From: Paraphysomonas bandaiensis
Taxonomy: Eukaryota > Protista > Chrysophyceae
DNA: 64,000 bases
NCBI GenBank assembly: GCA_965644295.1
Contig: CBFFRP010000432.1
Coordinates: forward strand, 1 to 64,000
Direction of reading: 5' to 3'
Shown here: in pieces, positions 50,960-63,003 of the stretch
Numbering within the stretch: position 1 is the first letter of the stretch
Layout of the letters: the number at the start of each line of letters is the position of its first letter
Position numbers and translations under genes: made by a program
The notes under the pieces: generated by a model
What the model saw: the letters and a program-made list of their open reading frames with translations, nothing else
What the model was told of the DNA's origin: nothing
Database searches by the model: none

Positions 50960-52000
50960 CTACAAATCTATATCCATTTTATCTAATAAAACACTATCGT
51001 CGTCAATCGTTCTTGCTAGAACATATGTATCTTCCATTGTACTTCGTGTGTCTAAACTCACTACGATAGTGCACAGAAACACTAACACACAGCCTAAGAT
51101 CTCACTTCCTCCAAGAGAGTCTCCGAAGATAAAGTACGCCAGTGCTGCTGTGAATGGGGCCTCTAGAGTAATGAACAATATTCCTCGAGATGAGCCCATA
51201 TGCTTGACACCATGAGTTTCAAGTAACCATGCCACAGACTCAACAAATCCAACTGAAAAAGTACAAAAAATATCTGTCCAATGTAACTGAAAAATAATAG
51301 AAAAAATACTGTGATCCGAGGAATAGCAAAATAAAGCAAGCGTCGCCAAAAGAACAATGCATGAGACGCCTAAGGCACCTTGAGTGAGCCTCGAAGATTC
51401 TACGTAGCTCGACCCAAGCTCTATAGTTATTGTATAGATACTATAAAAGAATGCTGCACCAAGGGCTATTCCATCGTATAATGTGGTCACTGAGCCACAC
51501 TCAGTGACTGTTTTGCCACCACATCCAACCAAAAAGTATGTGCCAATAAGACTGACACAGACAGAAAGCCAACCAACATACCCTAACTTCTTACTAGTTG
51601 GAACAAACTGTCCAATGCACGGTGTTATTACTACACATAGGCACAGCAAAAAACTAAACTTTGCTGTGTTCAAACGAGCCAGCGCTAAGCCGCTGCAAGT
51701 CATTCCCAGTGCATTTGCAATTCCGCAGACAACTGACCAAAACAAACAGCTTCTATTGCTGCTATGAATACCTGTACCGTGGTGACCGTCACTGCTGCGA
51801 AAGCATACACGCATAATCTTGAGGTTTACACATGCAAATATAAAAGCCAGTAAATTTCTAACGCTATTGAACATAAACACATTAAAGCCATCTGTCAGTG
51901 CAATTTTCGCAATGACTATTGCTAAAGCAAACAGAAATGGCGATAACAGAAGAGATATTTCACCTCTCATTACGACGTCGGATCCACAACGCCCCAACAT
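50960..52000 (-). CDS. EamA/DMT-superfamily transporter
   Basis: About 10 hydrophobic helices in two repeats: FNSVRNLLA, AKFSFLLCLCVVITP, SSRGILFITLEAPFTAALAYFIFGDSL. Confidence 0.88.
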   Translation of the reverse strand: MLGRCGSDVVMRGEISLLLSPFLFALAIVIAKIALTDGFNVFMFNSVRNLLAFIFACVNLKIMRVCFRSSDGHHGTGIHSSNRSCLFWSVVCGIANALGMTCSGLALARLNTAKFSFLLCLCVVITPCIGQFVPTSKKLGYVGWLSVCVSLIGTYFLVGCGGKTVTECGSVTTLYDGIALGAAFFYSIYTITIELGSSYVESSRLTQGALGVSCIVLLATLALFCYSSDHSIFSIIFQLHWTDIFCTFSVGFVESVAWLLETHGVKHMGSSRGILFITLEAPFTAALAYFIFGDSLGGSEILGCVLVFLCTIVVSLDTRSTMEDTYVLARTIDDDSVLLDKMDIDL

Positions 52001-52380
52001 AAGATCTCATAGCTAGTAAAGCCACAGTGTATGGAGACAGCAGCAACTATTCCTCCATGATGATGATGTCCGGTCGCAGAAACACATTTTTTTGTTCCTG
52101 CACTGCTGATGATGATGTCCGAACACAATATACTGCTATGTAGCTCCTCTGCTGTAGTATATGAAACACAACGTAATCGATCCAATCAGTGGAATCTGAC
52201 GAAATTTTGCGTTATTCCATTCGAAAGGAATATTTTCATAACATCGCGCAGTATCAACCACACTGTTACTCCGCTCACCTCATAGCTAACTTAGAGTCAC
52301 TCATTGGATGCACTGATTGTCTGATTGTCTGATTGTATGACATAAAGTACACTGTAGTCAGTCATTGTAACTTATATAGT

Positions 52381-53613
52381 ATGCCATCGAAAGATATCGA
52401 GAAGAGACGAGAACAGATATATAAGAGTTTCGACCTAGAGACGTATTTCAATGGCAATATTCCATCCCGAGTAAAGATATGTGAGGTCGTCTTGTTTCCC
52501 CCATTAGTGTGGTGTTTGTGATGTGGTCTATAGGTGGGCCCTCGAGACGGTCTACAGCATGAGGAAACACTGGTGTCAGTGGAAGCTAAAGTGAAGTTAA
52601 TTGAGATGTTGGCATCAGCGGGTCTGTCCCATATTGAGGTTGGATCATTCGTGAGTCCTAAGTGGGTTCCACAGATGGCCAACACGCTAGAGCTTTTCAA
52701 TCACTTGAATGATATCAATTCGACGGCCTTGACAATGTCAGTTCTTACTCCCAACATGAAAGGTCTCAGTTATGCAATGGATGTACAAGTTCCAGAGGTA
52801 GCCATCTTTGCAGCAGCCTCCGAGGAATTTTCTAGAAGGAACATAAATTGCTCTATCGAGGAGTCTTTGGTCAAGTATAGCACAGTGTGTTCCGTAGCAC
52901 TACAACAAGGTGAGAGCTGTTGTTTAATTTGAAATTCGCTGATGTTGACTGTGAATCAGGCATACGAGTGAGAGGCTATGTGTCCTGCGTATTAGGTAAA
53001 GACTTGCATTCGGGGTGTACTGCATTCATTATTTATCGACTGATAGGGTGTCCCTACGAAGGAGAGATTAGCAATGAAAAAGTGATGCGGATTACGAGGG
53101 AGCTTCTTCGCATGGGGTGTTACGAAGTATCGCTCGGAGACACTGTTGGATTAGGTACTCCGCTTACCACGCACCGGCTGCTTCGGCACTTAAACGATAA
53201 TAGTATACCTCTGGAACGGTAGGATAGTTTGAAACTGTTCGTATGTATATATAATCCGATTTGCCTCGTGCACATACTTTGCGAATTCTGTATTGTTTTA
53301 CGCATGATTTGTCAGACTGGCGGTGCATTTCCATGATACTCATAGCACTGCGATACCTAACATTCTAGTGGCTCTGCACCATGGTGTTGCAGTTATCGAT
53401 TCCTCAGTCTCCGGACTTGGTGGATGCCCATATGCTGATGGGGCGACTGGAAATATAGCTACTGAGGATGTTGTCTATCTCCTCGATAAACTGGGCATTG
53501 AGTGTGGTGTGAGTCTCAGTAAGCTTCTTGAGGCGTCACGATTCATTGATGCACTTCTTCGGAGACAGACTGCTGCGAAACTTATCTCGGGCAATTTGGG
53601 TAGAACGATTTAA
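52381..53613 (+). CDS. HMGCL: Hydroxymethylglutaryl-CoA lyase (5 exons)
   Basis: VKICE|[29 protein letters not shown]|[34 protein letters not shown]. Confidence 0.96.
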
Positions 53614-54270
53614 ATTATCCCGTATAACTCTTGGCATTGTGCGTTTTAACTGTCACACTGCTATAACCGTGCGCTCACTGTGATATTGTTGCTGTGTATA
53701 ATATATTAGGGCTAGGAAACAATATATTGCAATATATTGTGACGTTGGCATCCGTTTATAAGTAATACGATATCATGGGAGGTGGTCCACAATCTTTTCC
53801 CATAATGCCATCAAAAATCTAGTTTAATGAATATATTATATTATTTATAAAGAGTTCACTATACCACAAATAAACAATAAACCCAAGTACATGATAGTAA
53901 CCACGTGATAACTACGCACGACGTACTAAAGCAAAATTTTCTACAAGTCATCGTCCGAATTAAGAGAGCTGGGATTAGGGTTGACAAATGGTTGTGACGA
54001 TATGGTTATTCACATTGAATAGCATAATTGTTCATTGATTGTTCAGTTGTTCAGTACTAGTAGGCGTAAAAGGAGTACTACCTGACCAAACTACGACCAA
54101 CACAATGACACAACACTGAACGTTAGAATCACTATTAAACACTATTCAATTTTCTTATTAGAAACTCATACGCATTTGAGAAAAATTGTTTCAATTTCCA
54201 GACAGAAAACTAAAACTGAAGCGAACTCCTAAGAGCAGAATTATCATGCCACGAAAAAATCGCATGCACT

Positions 54271-57200
54271 CTACGACAGAAGAGTCTTAGCGGTTTGAAT
54301 TGTAGCAGTGGTAGCAGCAGGCAACACAGTCCTACTCGTCACACGAAGGACGTTAGATTGGGCATTGATTTCAATCTTGATAAGGCATCCCAGTGTAATC
54401 TTCTCTCCAGAGTTCTCCTTGACAGTTCCTGTGCGGAGAGAGGCAGACCCATAAACGACATTATCAGAACCCATAGGAAGACCATCAGACACTCTGTGAA
54501 ACTTCAGAGCCTGAGGTTAACAATAATTACGTTAGGAACGCACACTATATACGTAGAACACCACTTACAGAAGAGAGGGCTTTCGCAACGCTATCCTTGT
54601 CCACTGTGTGGGAAGGCCGGAACTCTTCAACACCTTCCTGTCCTGGTCCGACCAGCATGTTCCACCTTGAGTTGAAATCTGCAAAATTGAGAGCGAGCGG
54701 TTCGTTAAAAGACATCACGGTGACAGGTAAGTTGAAGGTGTTGTTCCTGAGCCTATTATCAGATGCTCTGTAGGATACAGTCAAGGTAGGTCCAGGTGAA
54801 ACCGGTGTCATGCACTCTACCATGATTTGCTGATCAGTTTGTCCCAATGGATTTATATTAGCCGCCAGTGAACCCAATTGTTTACGAAGCAGGCCAGCGG
54901 GGTCATTCATTTCTGTCGCAAGTTCAGTGATATTGGCATCCCCTGATTTATTGCGGAAGAAGAGTGTCAACCTAGCCTGCGATCCCCGAACCTCAAGCTT
55001 GCAGGCAATCTGAAGGATTCCATCATCATACAGAGGTCCCACTCCGCTCAGAGTAGCAGCCTGTAACCAAGCCTTGTGCTGTGCTACTTGAGCATCAGTT
55101 AACTGTACAGTTTGAGATTTCTCTCCCTGTGAGTTTCCGAATCCAAAGGAATCGTCGTTAAACGCATTGAACTGATTCATATTTGCGTCCGGGGGAGGAG
55201 GAGGAGCAGATTCTCCGAAAAAGTCCAAATCGTTAGCGTTAGTGGCAGGGGGAGCAGGTGGAGCGCTCGCCCTGGGAGAGTCGTCAGTATCAAATCCGAG
55301 CAAATCACCTTCTTGAGTCTGGTGCTGCTGATGGGGGGCATCCTCTTCCCAATCCTCTGCTGCTGCGTGTTTCATTTTGTGGTGTTCTTCGGCCGCTTCA
55401 TCCATACCATCCTCTAGTAGCTCCAGCTGAATGTGCATAGCAGTCATAAATTTCTCGATAAAAAACTCAATGGCAGTGGCTAAACGCACGGCCTCTTTGG
55501 TTCGGAAGATGAACTCCATGCGCTTACTGAATGTTGCATCAGAGAACACGTTCACCAACAGTGCTAACTTGCCGTTCTGCGACAGCAGAGACCACTTATA
55601 AAAGTCGGTATAGACCCAAAAACACTGTTGTCTGAGATTGAAACTTCCAGGGGGATCTGGGGCGACCACGCAAACAGCATTTGCGGAGACCATCACACTT
55701 GTAGAATAATCCATCGCATTGAAGACCCCCAGAGGATCAACTTTAGCCTTGACTTTGAACTCTATGTCCTCATCAGGAATGATAGCCACATCCTCGTCCA
55801 CTGCGCGAGTGAGCATTTGCAGGCACTTGTAGGCGTTTTCCTGCGTCTCTGCGCAAAGAGTCCACTCTCTCTCCGTAGTCTGTATGTCGAATGAATGCGG
55901 TGGGGTGTCCGATGATTCTTGCTTGTTCGAACCAGGTCTGATGAATGTCGTCTTTGCCAAGTCAACGACGTTTCGCTGGACATGTTCAGTTGTGTACATG
56001 GGGCACTCGAGTAGGTCGGAGTAATAGACGAGGAAATGGCCCTGGGAGGTGCTGTACAAAACAAAGTACCGCTTAATCCACTGCTTTGTCGGACCTACAC
56101 CAACACCACCCTTTTTGAGTAGCCACCCTTGATGCTTTACAATTGATCGCCAATGATACTTGACCTTAGTCTCGTGAGGAAGGGGCTGAGGCTCGGAGGA
56201 CAAAGAGAAGCCGAGTGATGCCCGTCTGAACAGAGTACAGAGTATTTAATAGTAACATAAAAGTATTTTCAGTAACCTACCGTTGTACGCCAGATACAGC
56301 ACCCTTCTTGGAGGCCACTATAGAGGTGCGATGCCCTGTCTTAACCATTTGCCCGGCACGCACAACAAGGCCATCGCTGTCAACGATGTCAATTTGACCT
56401 TGAGGTGCCTCAGGGGCTGGGACCTCACCCGACAATGTGTGAATAGTCTCCAACGGCCGTCCATGGGTAGAACCAAGCTTAACAGACCGCCCATTGGCAA
56501 CCTGGTACTTATTCCAAAAAAACTCCATGGTATGTTTCACGTCACGTATGTGCTTAAACCCGAGGTAGAGGTCATCCTTCTTCGGAGCTTGATCAACGAA
56601 GTGGAAGAATATGCCACTGACGTCCTTGTCAATTCGTGTCTCTCTGTCCTCCACAGTCCAGTCACTCAACTGGTCGAATTGAATCTCCATGTCTGGCCCA
56701 TTGATGCCACGCGGAAGGAATACCATCTTGGACTCCGTGACAAGAAACACTGATTCTGTAGTCCACCGATTGGTATATTCTGAGTTGCCTCGAACATGAG
56801 TCACTGGAAAAGTGTTATGTCCTTCGAAAATATGCTGAACGGCAAGCTCAATACGCCTAGAACTCCCAGGAGGACATGGCATATAGCTACCCTGGTGGCG
56901 TTTCTCAGCCATTTCTCGCATTTGTGCGAGGGGGGGAAGCTTGCCGGCAGGAATGCGAGAAATATTGGGTCTCTTTCGCTGAAAAGGCTTTGGCTTGGTA
57001 GAACCTGCGAACATGCCTACGTAGTGAAATGGAGGAATTTTGGCACCTTGACGGGTGGATGATATATTTGTGTAGCGAAGTTTAAGCTCGTGTTCCAGCT
57101 CGACGGAGGTTGGTACGTGCAGAATAACGAAACTATCTTCAGTCTCGGGACGCTTCATAACTAATTTGACTTCACAAAGTGCATGATCCCATCCCACTTC

Positions 57201-57569
57201 AGCAACCTGTACAATATTATAAGTACCATTGGAACACAATAATTTAATGATCTATATAACCTCAGTGTAAGAAATGGCAACTTTCTTGCGGTCAGCAGAG
57301 GCAAGAGCGTCGACCAATATTTCAAAAGAATCCGACTGACATGTCAGTTGAACCTCTTTATTCTCTCCTTTCATTTCCCCAAAAGTAGACATCATCGGTC
57401 CATGTGTTGTATGCAAAAATGCCTTGTAGGAGTGATCGAAATGAGCCAACCTGCTAGCGGCAGCATCATTCTCATCTCCATCGCCCTGTTAATTATATAT
57501 AATATAAATATAGAGAGATTATCATTAATAAAAGCTGATACGCACCAATGCAGATCCTTGATTACCCAT
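54271..57569 (-). CDS. Myristoylation-motif, multi-PH-fold protein with C-terminal alpha-adaptin appendage (5 exons, 1023 aa)
   Basis: Exons 57569-57546, 57485-57261, 57206-56281, 56225-54569 and 54510-54271 splice in frame (3072 nt). Start MGNQGS; PH HQGWLLKKGG...WIKRYFVL; ear motifs GPLYDDGILQIACKLEVRGSQARLTLFFRNK, LPVTVMSFNEP...FNSRWNML, GCLIKIEINAQSNVLRVTSRT. Confidence 0.9.
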
Positions 57570-58463
57570 CCTTAATATCCAGTCACAGAATTATTGAGTG
57601 ACACAAGGAAATCACTAACGAACCCCGTAAAGTATGAAATAATGATGCAAGGTTATAATAGCTAAAATCCTGCAGTGTTGTAGTAGCACGTAGGTATGAT
57701 ACAGTATGTATGTATGTATGTATGTGCATGTGTTGTGATGTTGCACGCATGCTGCTGATGAGCGATGATGTCTAGATGTTGCGTGAGGTAGATACCTCCA
57801 TATGTAAAAAAAAACATGGTGTGACAAATTTTACATCAACTCTGTGTCTACAAGAAACTTCTGTAGATCCCAAAATACGTATGCTTACGTATTTTATGAG
57901 ATATCCAGATCAAAAAATAGCGATTTTTACAGATTCTGCCACCTTCAAGTTCAAAATCGTTGAAATCAGGAAGACAAAAACGGACAGTACCCGGACTTCG
58001 CACGTGGTCACCCACCGTACTACTAACCGGGCCAGATGCAACTTAACTTCCGCGAGCGGAACGAGAGCGGGTGCGGTTTGCATTGTATGACCGTCCATGC
58101 TGAAGTCGGTATGTTTTGATCAATAGGAATACATACAGTATCAAACATCACTTCTAGATTATTCTCGTGAAATTCCATACACATACATATAAAATTATAC
58201 TCAACTGTTTTTGACACCAAAATCATACTGCGGCAGTATACGAGTGTACTGTACTGATATACTCCCATAGTGTTGAATACACACATATACTGCTGTAGGC
58301 TGTACATATACATCCTTAAAGCAGTCGATAAGATTATATACCTGCATACACGATGGCGAACACACCCATGACACATCCACACTAGTGCATTGGGTGAGAA
58401 CCCGAGCCATTCACATCATCTATTGGATCTAATTAATGCTGAGTGGGATTTACGTGTAATCGA

Positions 58464-61400
58464 ATGGAATCGAGTCGTATTGCGGATTATTTCGTAGTTA
58501 TCGGGTGCTCTCCCAACTCACTCACTCCACAGCCTTCATACGACCAACCATTCCCTACGAATGATCCATTTCATATGACTTATACGCCAGAAATCATGGA
58601 TCGATATCCTCTGGAGGACAGGAGCGATATATCTCTGCCCACTGGACTGACTCTGTTTTGTCTTCCAGATGGTATGCATATTTCAACCACAGCACGATCA
58701 CCTTCTTTCTTTTCATTTGTTCAGACTTCAGAATCAGGTGCTCAGCTCATTGGATGTTGTTTGACATTTCACGAAGAACTAAATGACAAACAGCGTGCGT
58801 CTTTGGGTGCTTTGTTGGACAGTACAGACAATTCAGATATTTCATCTACAGCGCTTAAAGATATGAAGCTTTACCTGCCACGATGTTTGTGTTTGCTGAG
58901 TCAATGGCCATTCGTTTCCTCGTTCAAGAAGTTTCTCTGCCATATATATCGACTATCCTTGACCCCATGTGTTGTTCCCGTCGAGCGGTACATATGCAAT
59001 TTTCTTGATGACGTTCCTGCACCCCCACCTGGCCGAGTGGAAGTGTCGTACTTTATAGGTAGCGAAGTCGTCCTCTTCAAGCGGCCTCCTGCCAACGAGC
59101 CCAACGCATGGTCCACTATGCCAATGACGCCTCTATTCGAGTGTTTATCTCTTCAGAATGTTGTTGCTCTCTTTTCGGCGGTGTTGTGTGAGCGCCAGAT
59201 CGTCTTTGTGTCCTCCCAGTACTCGCTCTTGACTTCATGTGCGGAGAGCATTGTGTCGCTTATGTACCCCCTGAAATGGACCCATGTCTATATCCCGATA
59301 CTTCCTCGTAGGCTGTTAGGTATGTCTTACTCCGCATGGCGCCATTGTGTTGCTAAATGTCATTTTTATAACTACTGTAGGTGTACTGGGTGCACCCCTA
59401 CCAATAATGGTGGGCATCCACTCTTCCTTTATTTATGACCCTGCTCGTGCCAAAGCTTCATTCGCGGATGCGTCCTCGTCCTCACTGCCACCCTCCGCCG
59501 CTTGCTACGATGGATACGCGTCTTTGTCCAGCGAGAGTGTAAAGGTGTATTTGGACGAGAACAGAATTGATTTTGGGTCCCTGGGCCGTCCTCCTGATCT
59601 GCCAGAGGGCAGACACAAGAAGTTACTCAACGATCTTACGTAAGTCTTCAACCTCATCTGTTGAGTGCGCGTAATTTGTGTATTGCATCATGGGGGTGCA
59701 TCCATTTAATACTTCATGTCTGGATGTAGTGTGATGGCGCCGGCGTTCAATATGCGCCTGCCTGATTGGGAGAAAAACCAGCTTCCATTCTACGATTCGG
59801 CCTTTGAAATGTCAGTTCGACCTGATCTTGCAGATGGGACGCTGGCCAACAAGGACAAAGTTGACGAAAAGGGAGTTAGGGCGACTTTTCTCAAGTTCTT
59901 TGTGAGCATCATGCGAGACTATAAACAGTAAGAACCTTGTAGTAGTAGTTGTTGTTGTATTCTATCTTACAGTAGCGCTTGTACCACAGATACTTGATAA
60001 CCCCAACCCAGAGTGACCCATTCCCGCTGACTAAGTTTAGAACCGCGGATTATATAAACGGTATAGTTCTCCTGTTCGAATGCCTATGGTAAATTACTTC
60101 CTGTACCTGCAGATCACCCTTCTGACTGGACCCCATTACTGGAGGTTCTTCTCCGGTCACAGGCATTCTATCAGTTTGTGGATGCCCGTGTGTCGCCGAG
60201 TGGTTGGACCGATCCTGGTGTGTTTACTCATATTTAACTTTTTCTTCTCTCACTATGCTTGAAGAGATACTATTTTTCGATGAGTCGATAGAAGCCAAGA
60301 TAAATCGGTATACGTTCAGATTGCACAAGCGCGATACACCATTTTTATTGGACGATTCGAACAAGCACTGCAAGACAGTAGTTGCTCCTACTGTTGATGC
60401 TGATGGTCTCGATGTATTGAGTGATGTTGACGAGGTGGAAGCGGCGACAGCAGGAAACACATGTGTAACCCGTGATGGTAAAGGACGCAGAGTGTATATA
60501 TACAGCTCATTCCCTTCTTTAAAGTACGTGTTTCGACAAATACTAACAATTTAATGACTAATATGAAATCGCAGCCCTAAGTTGTATATAAAGAAGCAGA
60601 ACAATAATTCACAACCACGACCAGTAGCAAGTGCTCATATTGCCCAGCCTCGTCTGTCGACCCTCGGCAGACTGAAGCGCGCAAATGTACTTCGCATTGG
60701 AAGCTCTCGCAAGATGGCAGATGTCGACTCAAGCAGTCCAGAGTCATGTGTTTATAGCACTTTTCTTATTATGTTTTCGAGAGTTGTGTCGTGTGGGCTG
60801 TCACCTCCCACTGTACGTCGAGCACCACCTAGTCTATCGCAAGTGCTAAGTAAACTCAATATGACTTCACCGACAAATCTAGATGGTCGTAAGTCCGACC
60901 CGATGACAACATCGTTCACAGATAATTCTTCGGATCTGGCGGATAAAACGCTGTCAAGAGTTGATGGTGATGTCGAAGCCATCCAGCAAGCTTCCGTCAG
61001 TAAGAACTCTCCAGCTTGTGGAGATGGCGCTGGTGTGGAACTTAATCCTCCTATATCTGAGCTTTCTATACACACCGATTGCGATACGTGCCCAAGCCCG
61101 TCGAACGTGACAACAGACATGTCATCCAATGAAGCACCATCACCCAAAAATGGTACAACCTTTTCATTACTGACTGCACCTGGAGATATGATTTCGTCTG
61201 GTACTGACTCCGGAGGATTCGTTAATTACAATGATGACATACGCGAGGAGTATGTGACGATCGCTCGGGCGGCTATAGATGTTAGTTACTTTATCGTTGT
61301 TATCCCCCATAAATGTGAAGTAATGTGCTTGTATTATTCAGATAGCATTTGAGCTTTTCTCAACGATGGAGAGTAATGGATACTCTGTGGACGAAGATGT

Positions 61401-62543
61401 ATATAGGTAAGCCACGATATACTAATTGACTGTGACATCAGTAATAGAATGTAATTTGTAGAGCACTTACGGATGCTTGTGCTGTTTGTGGCGCGGGTGA
61501 ACGGTATTTTTTCCGATTTACCCTAAATTTAATGGAGTTGACTTTCTGTCAGGGCTGTGGATGTCCTGGAGTCAATGACAGCCGCCGGAATGCTACCAGA
61601 TATGCAGATAACCAGTGGCGTAGCACGGGCTATTTCATTTTCATCCAGCACAAGCCAGGGAGACGAGGAGGCTTCCGGACTAGGCCTTTTACCTGTAACC
61701 CCAAAAGACGTGTCCGAGGCTGCGGTTAACAGAGACTTCAGGCGACTCAGAAAGTACTGTACTGCTAGTGACCAGCATATGGCAAGCCCAGTGATACCCA
61801 GTCGAGATGCATCGAGGGATCATCGTATGCACTCTTCTCCCGCTCGTGTGACGGTTTTCACCAATGAAAAGGAATCTGAACGGAATTTTTTCGGGTTTAA
61901 AAAGTCGCGAGCGAAATCATCTTTGAGGGCGACAGCTGCGGACAACGGAATCAAGTTAAGGACGGCGTCCGATTCAATGCAATCCGATGCATGTATGAGT
62001 GTAATGAGTATTGGTACAAGACAAAATTTTTTGTCGTCATCACGTTTTGCGACTCAGGTGTTAATAGCAGATCGAACTCTAGATATGATATATCCCAATC
62101 TTTTGATTGATTTAAACAACCCCAATGGGACAGCGTGTCCGAAGTACTCGTGTGGAAAGTCGCTTAATATTTTGCAGATCATTGCCGCCTTCGAGCCAGA
62201 TGCAAATAAATACACTGTGAAATGTCCATACTGTGGTACTGAATATGTCCCACGCTTTACAGTGCACTCGTCATCTGATGATTGGACTGGAAGCGAAGGT
62301 GAAGGAAGTCTTCTTTGGTGTGAGCTGCTGAGTCCTTGGGTCTTACAAAAAGAAGTTTTAAATGTCATCACAGGAAGTGGGGTCGAAACACTATTATCTT
62401 CGACTTTCAGAAACTCGTCCCTGAATATGCAGTACGCGGTTATATTTTGGAACCTAATTATATATTTTCGCCTGTACGGTTTACCGTATGCCTTCCTGAT
62501 AACTGAAAAGTCAAGTATGGCATTTCTAATCCCATTAGATTAG
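58464..62543 (+). CDS. DENN-domain Rab GEF, DENND4/CRAG-like (multi-exon)
   Basis: uDENN RIADYFVVIG and LFCLPDG; cDENN ERQIVFVS...YPLKWTHVYIPILP; dDENN FLRSQAFYQFVDAR; PPR-like AFELFSTM...YRALTDAC; C-terminal CPKYSC/CPYC...LLSPWVLQKE...IFWNLIIYF. Confidence 0.92.
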
Positions 62544-63003
62544 TTGGTAGTTGTGTTGGTGGTATTTATACATCGTAAAAATAATATATGTTCCAGTAAA
62601 TTTTGATGATAACACACTGATATATGGAGATATATGTTTTACTGCACGACATCAATTTAATTGCACCACGCTCTTCAATCCACAATAATAAAATACATTG
62701 TGTGTTCGAATCCTTTCAGCATACCATGAATTGCCTCAGCATAATTTATTTTGCACCTACTATATATCTATATATAGCAGTAGCATATACATAAAATCAG
62801 TGTATCGCTTTAACATATCGTGTTCTCTGAAAGAAGAACCGAAATATATTCATATATTCCATGAGAATGACACCAGCTTGAATAATAATTTCGTTGAGAG
62901 GTGAATATAACACACAAATTGTTAAGAGTAAAGATTACTACAAATATTCTGGTGCTATAGCTATATAAAAACGTAGATCAATTAATGACATTAACTGCAT
63001 TTT

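Noticed and set aside
54271-57569. Calling this gene the AP-2 alpha subunit
   Set aside because: There is no Adaptin_N HEAT trunk; the N-terminal two-thirds are PH-like.
62700-62727. tRNA-like GTTCGAATCC...ACCA
   Set aside because: No T-stem pairing, D-arm or acceptor stem.
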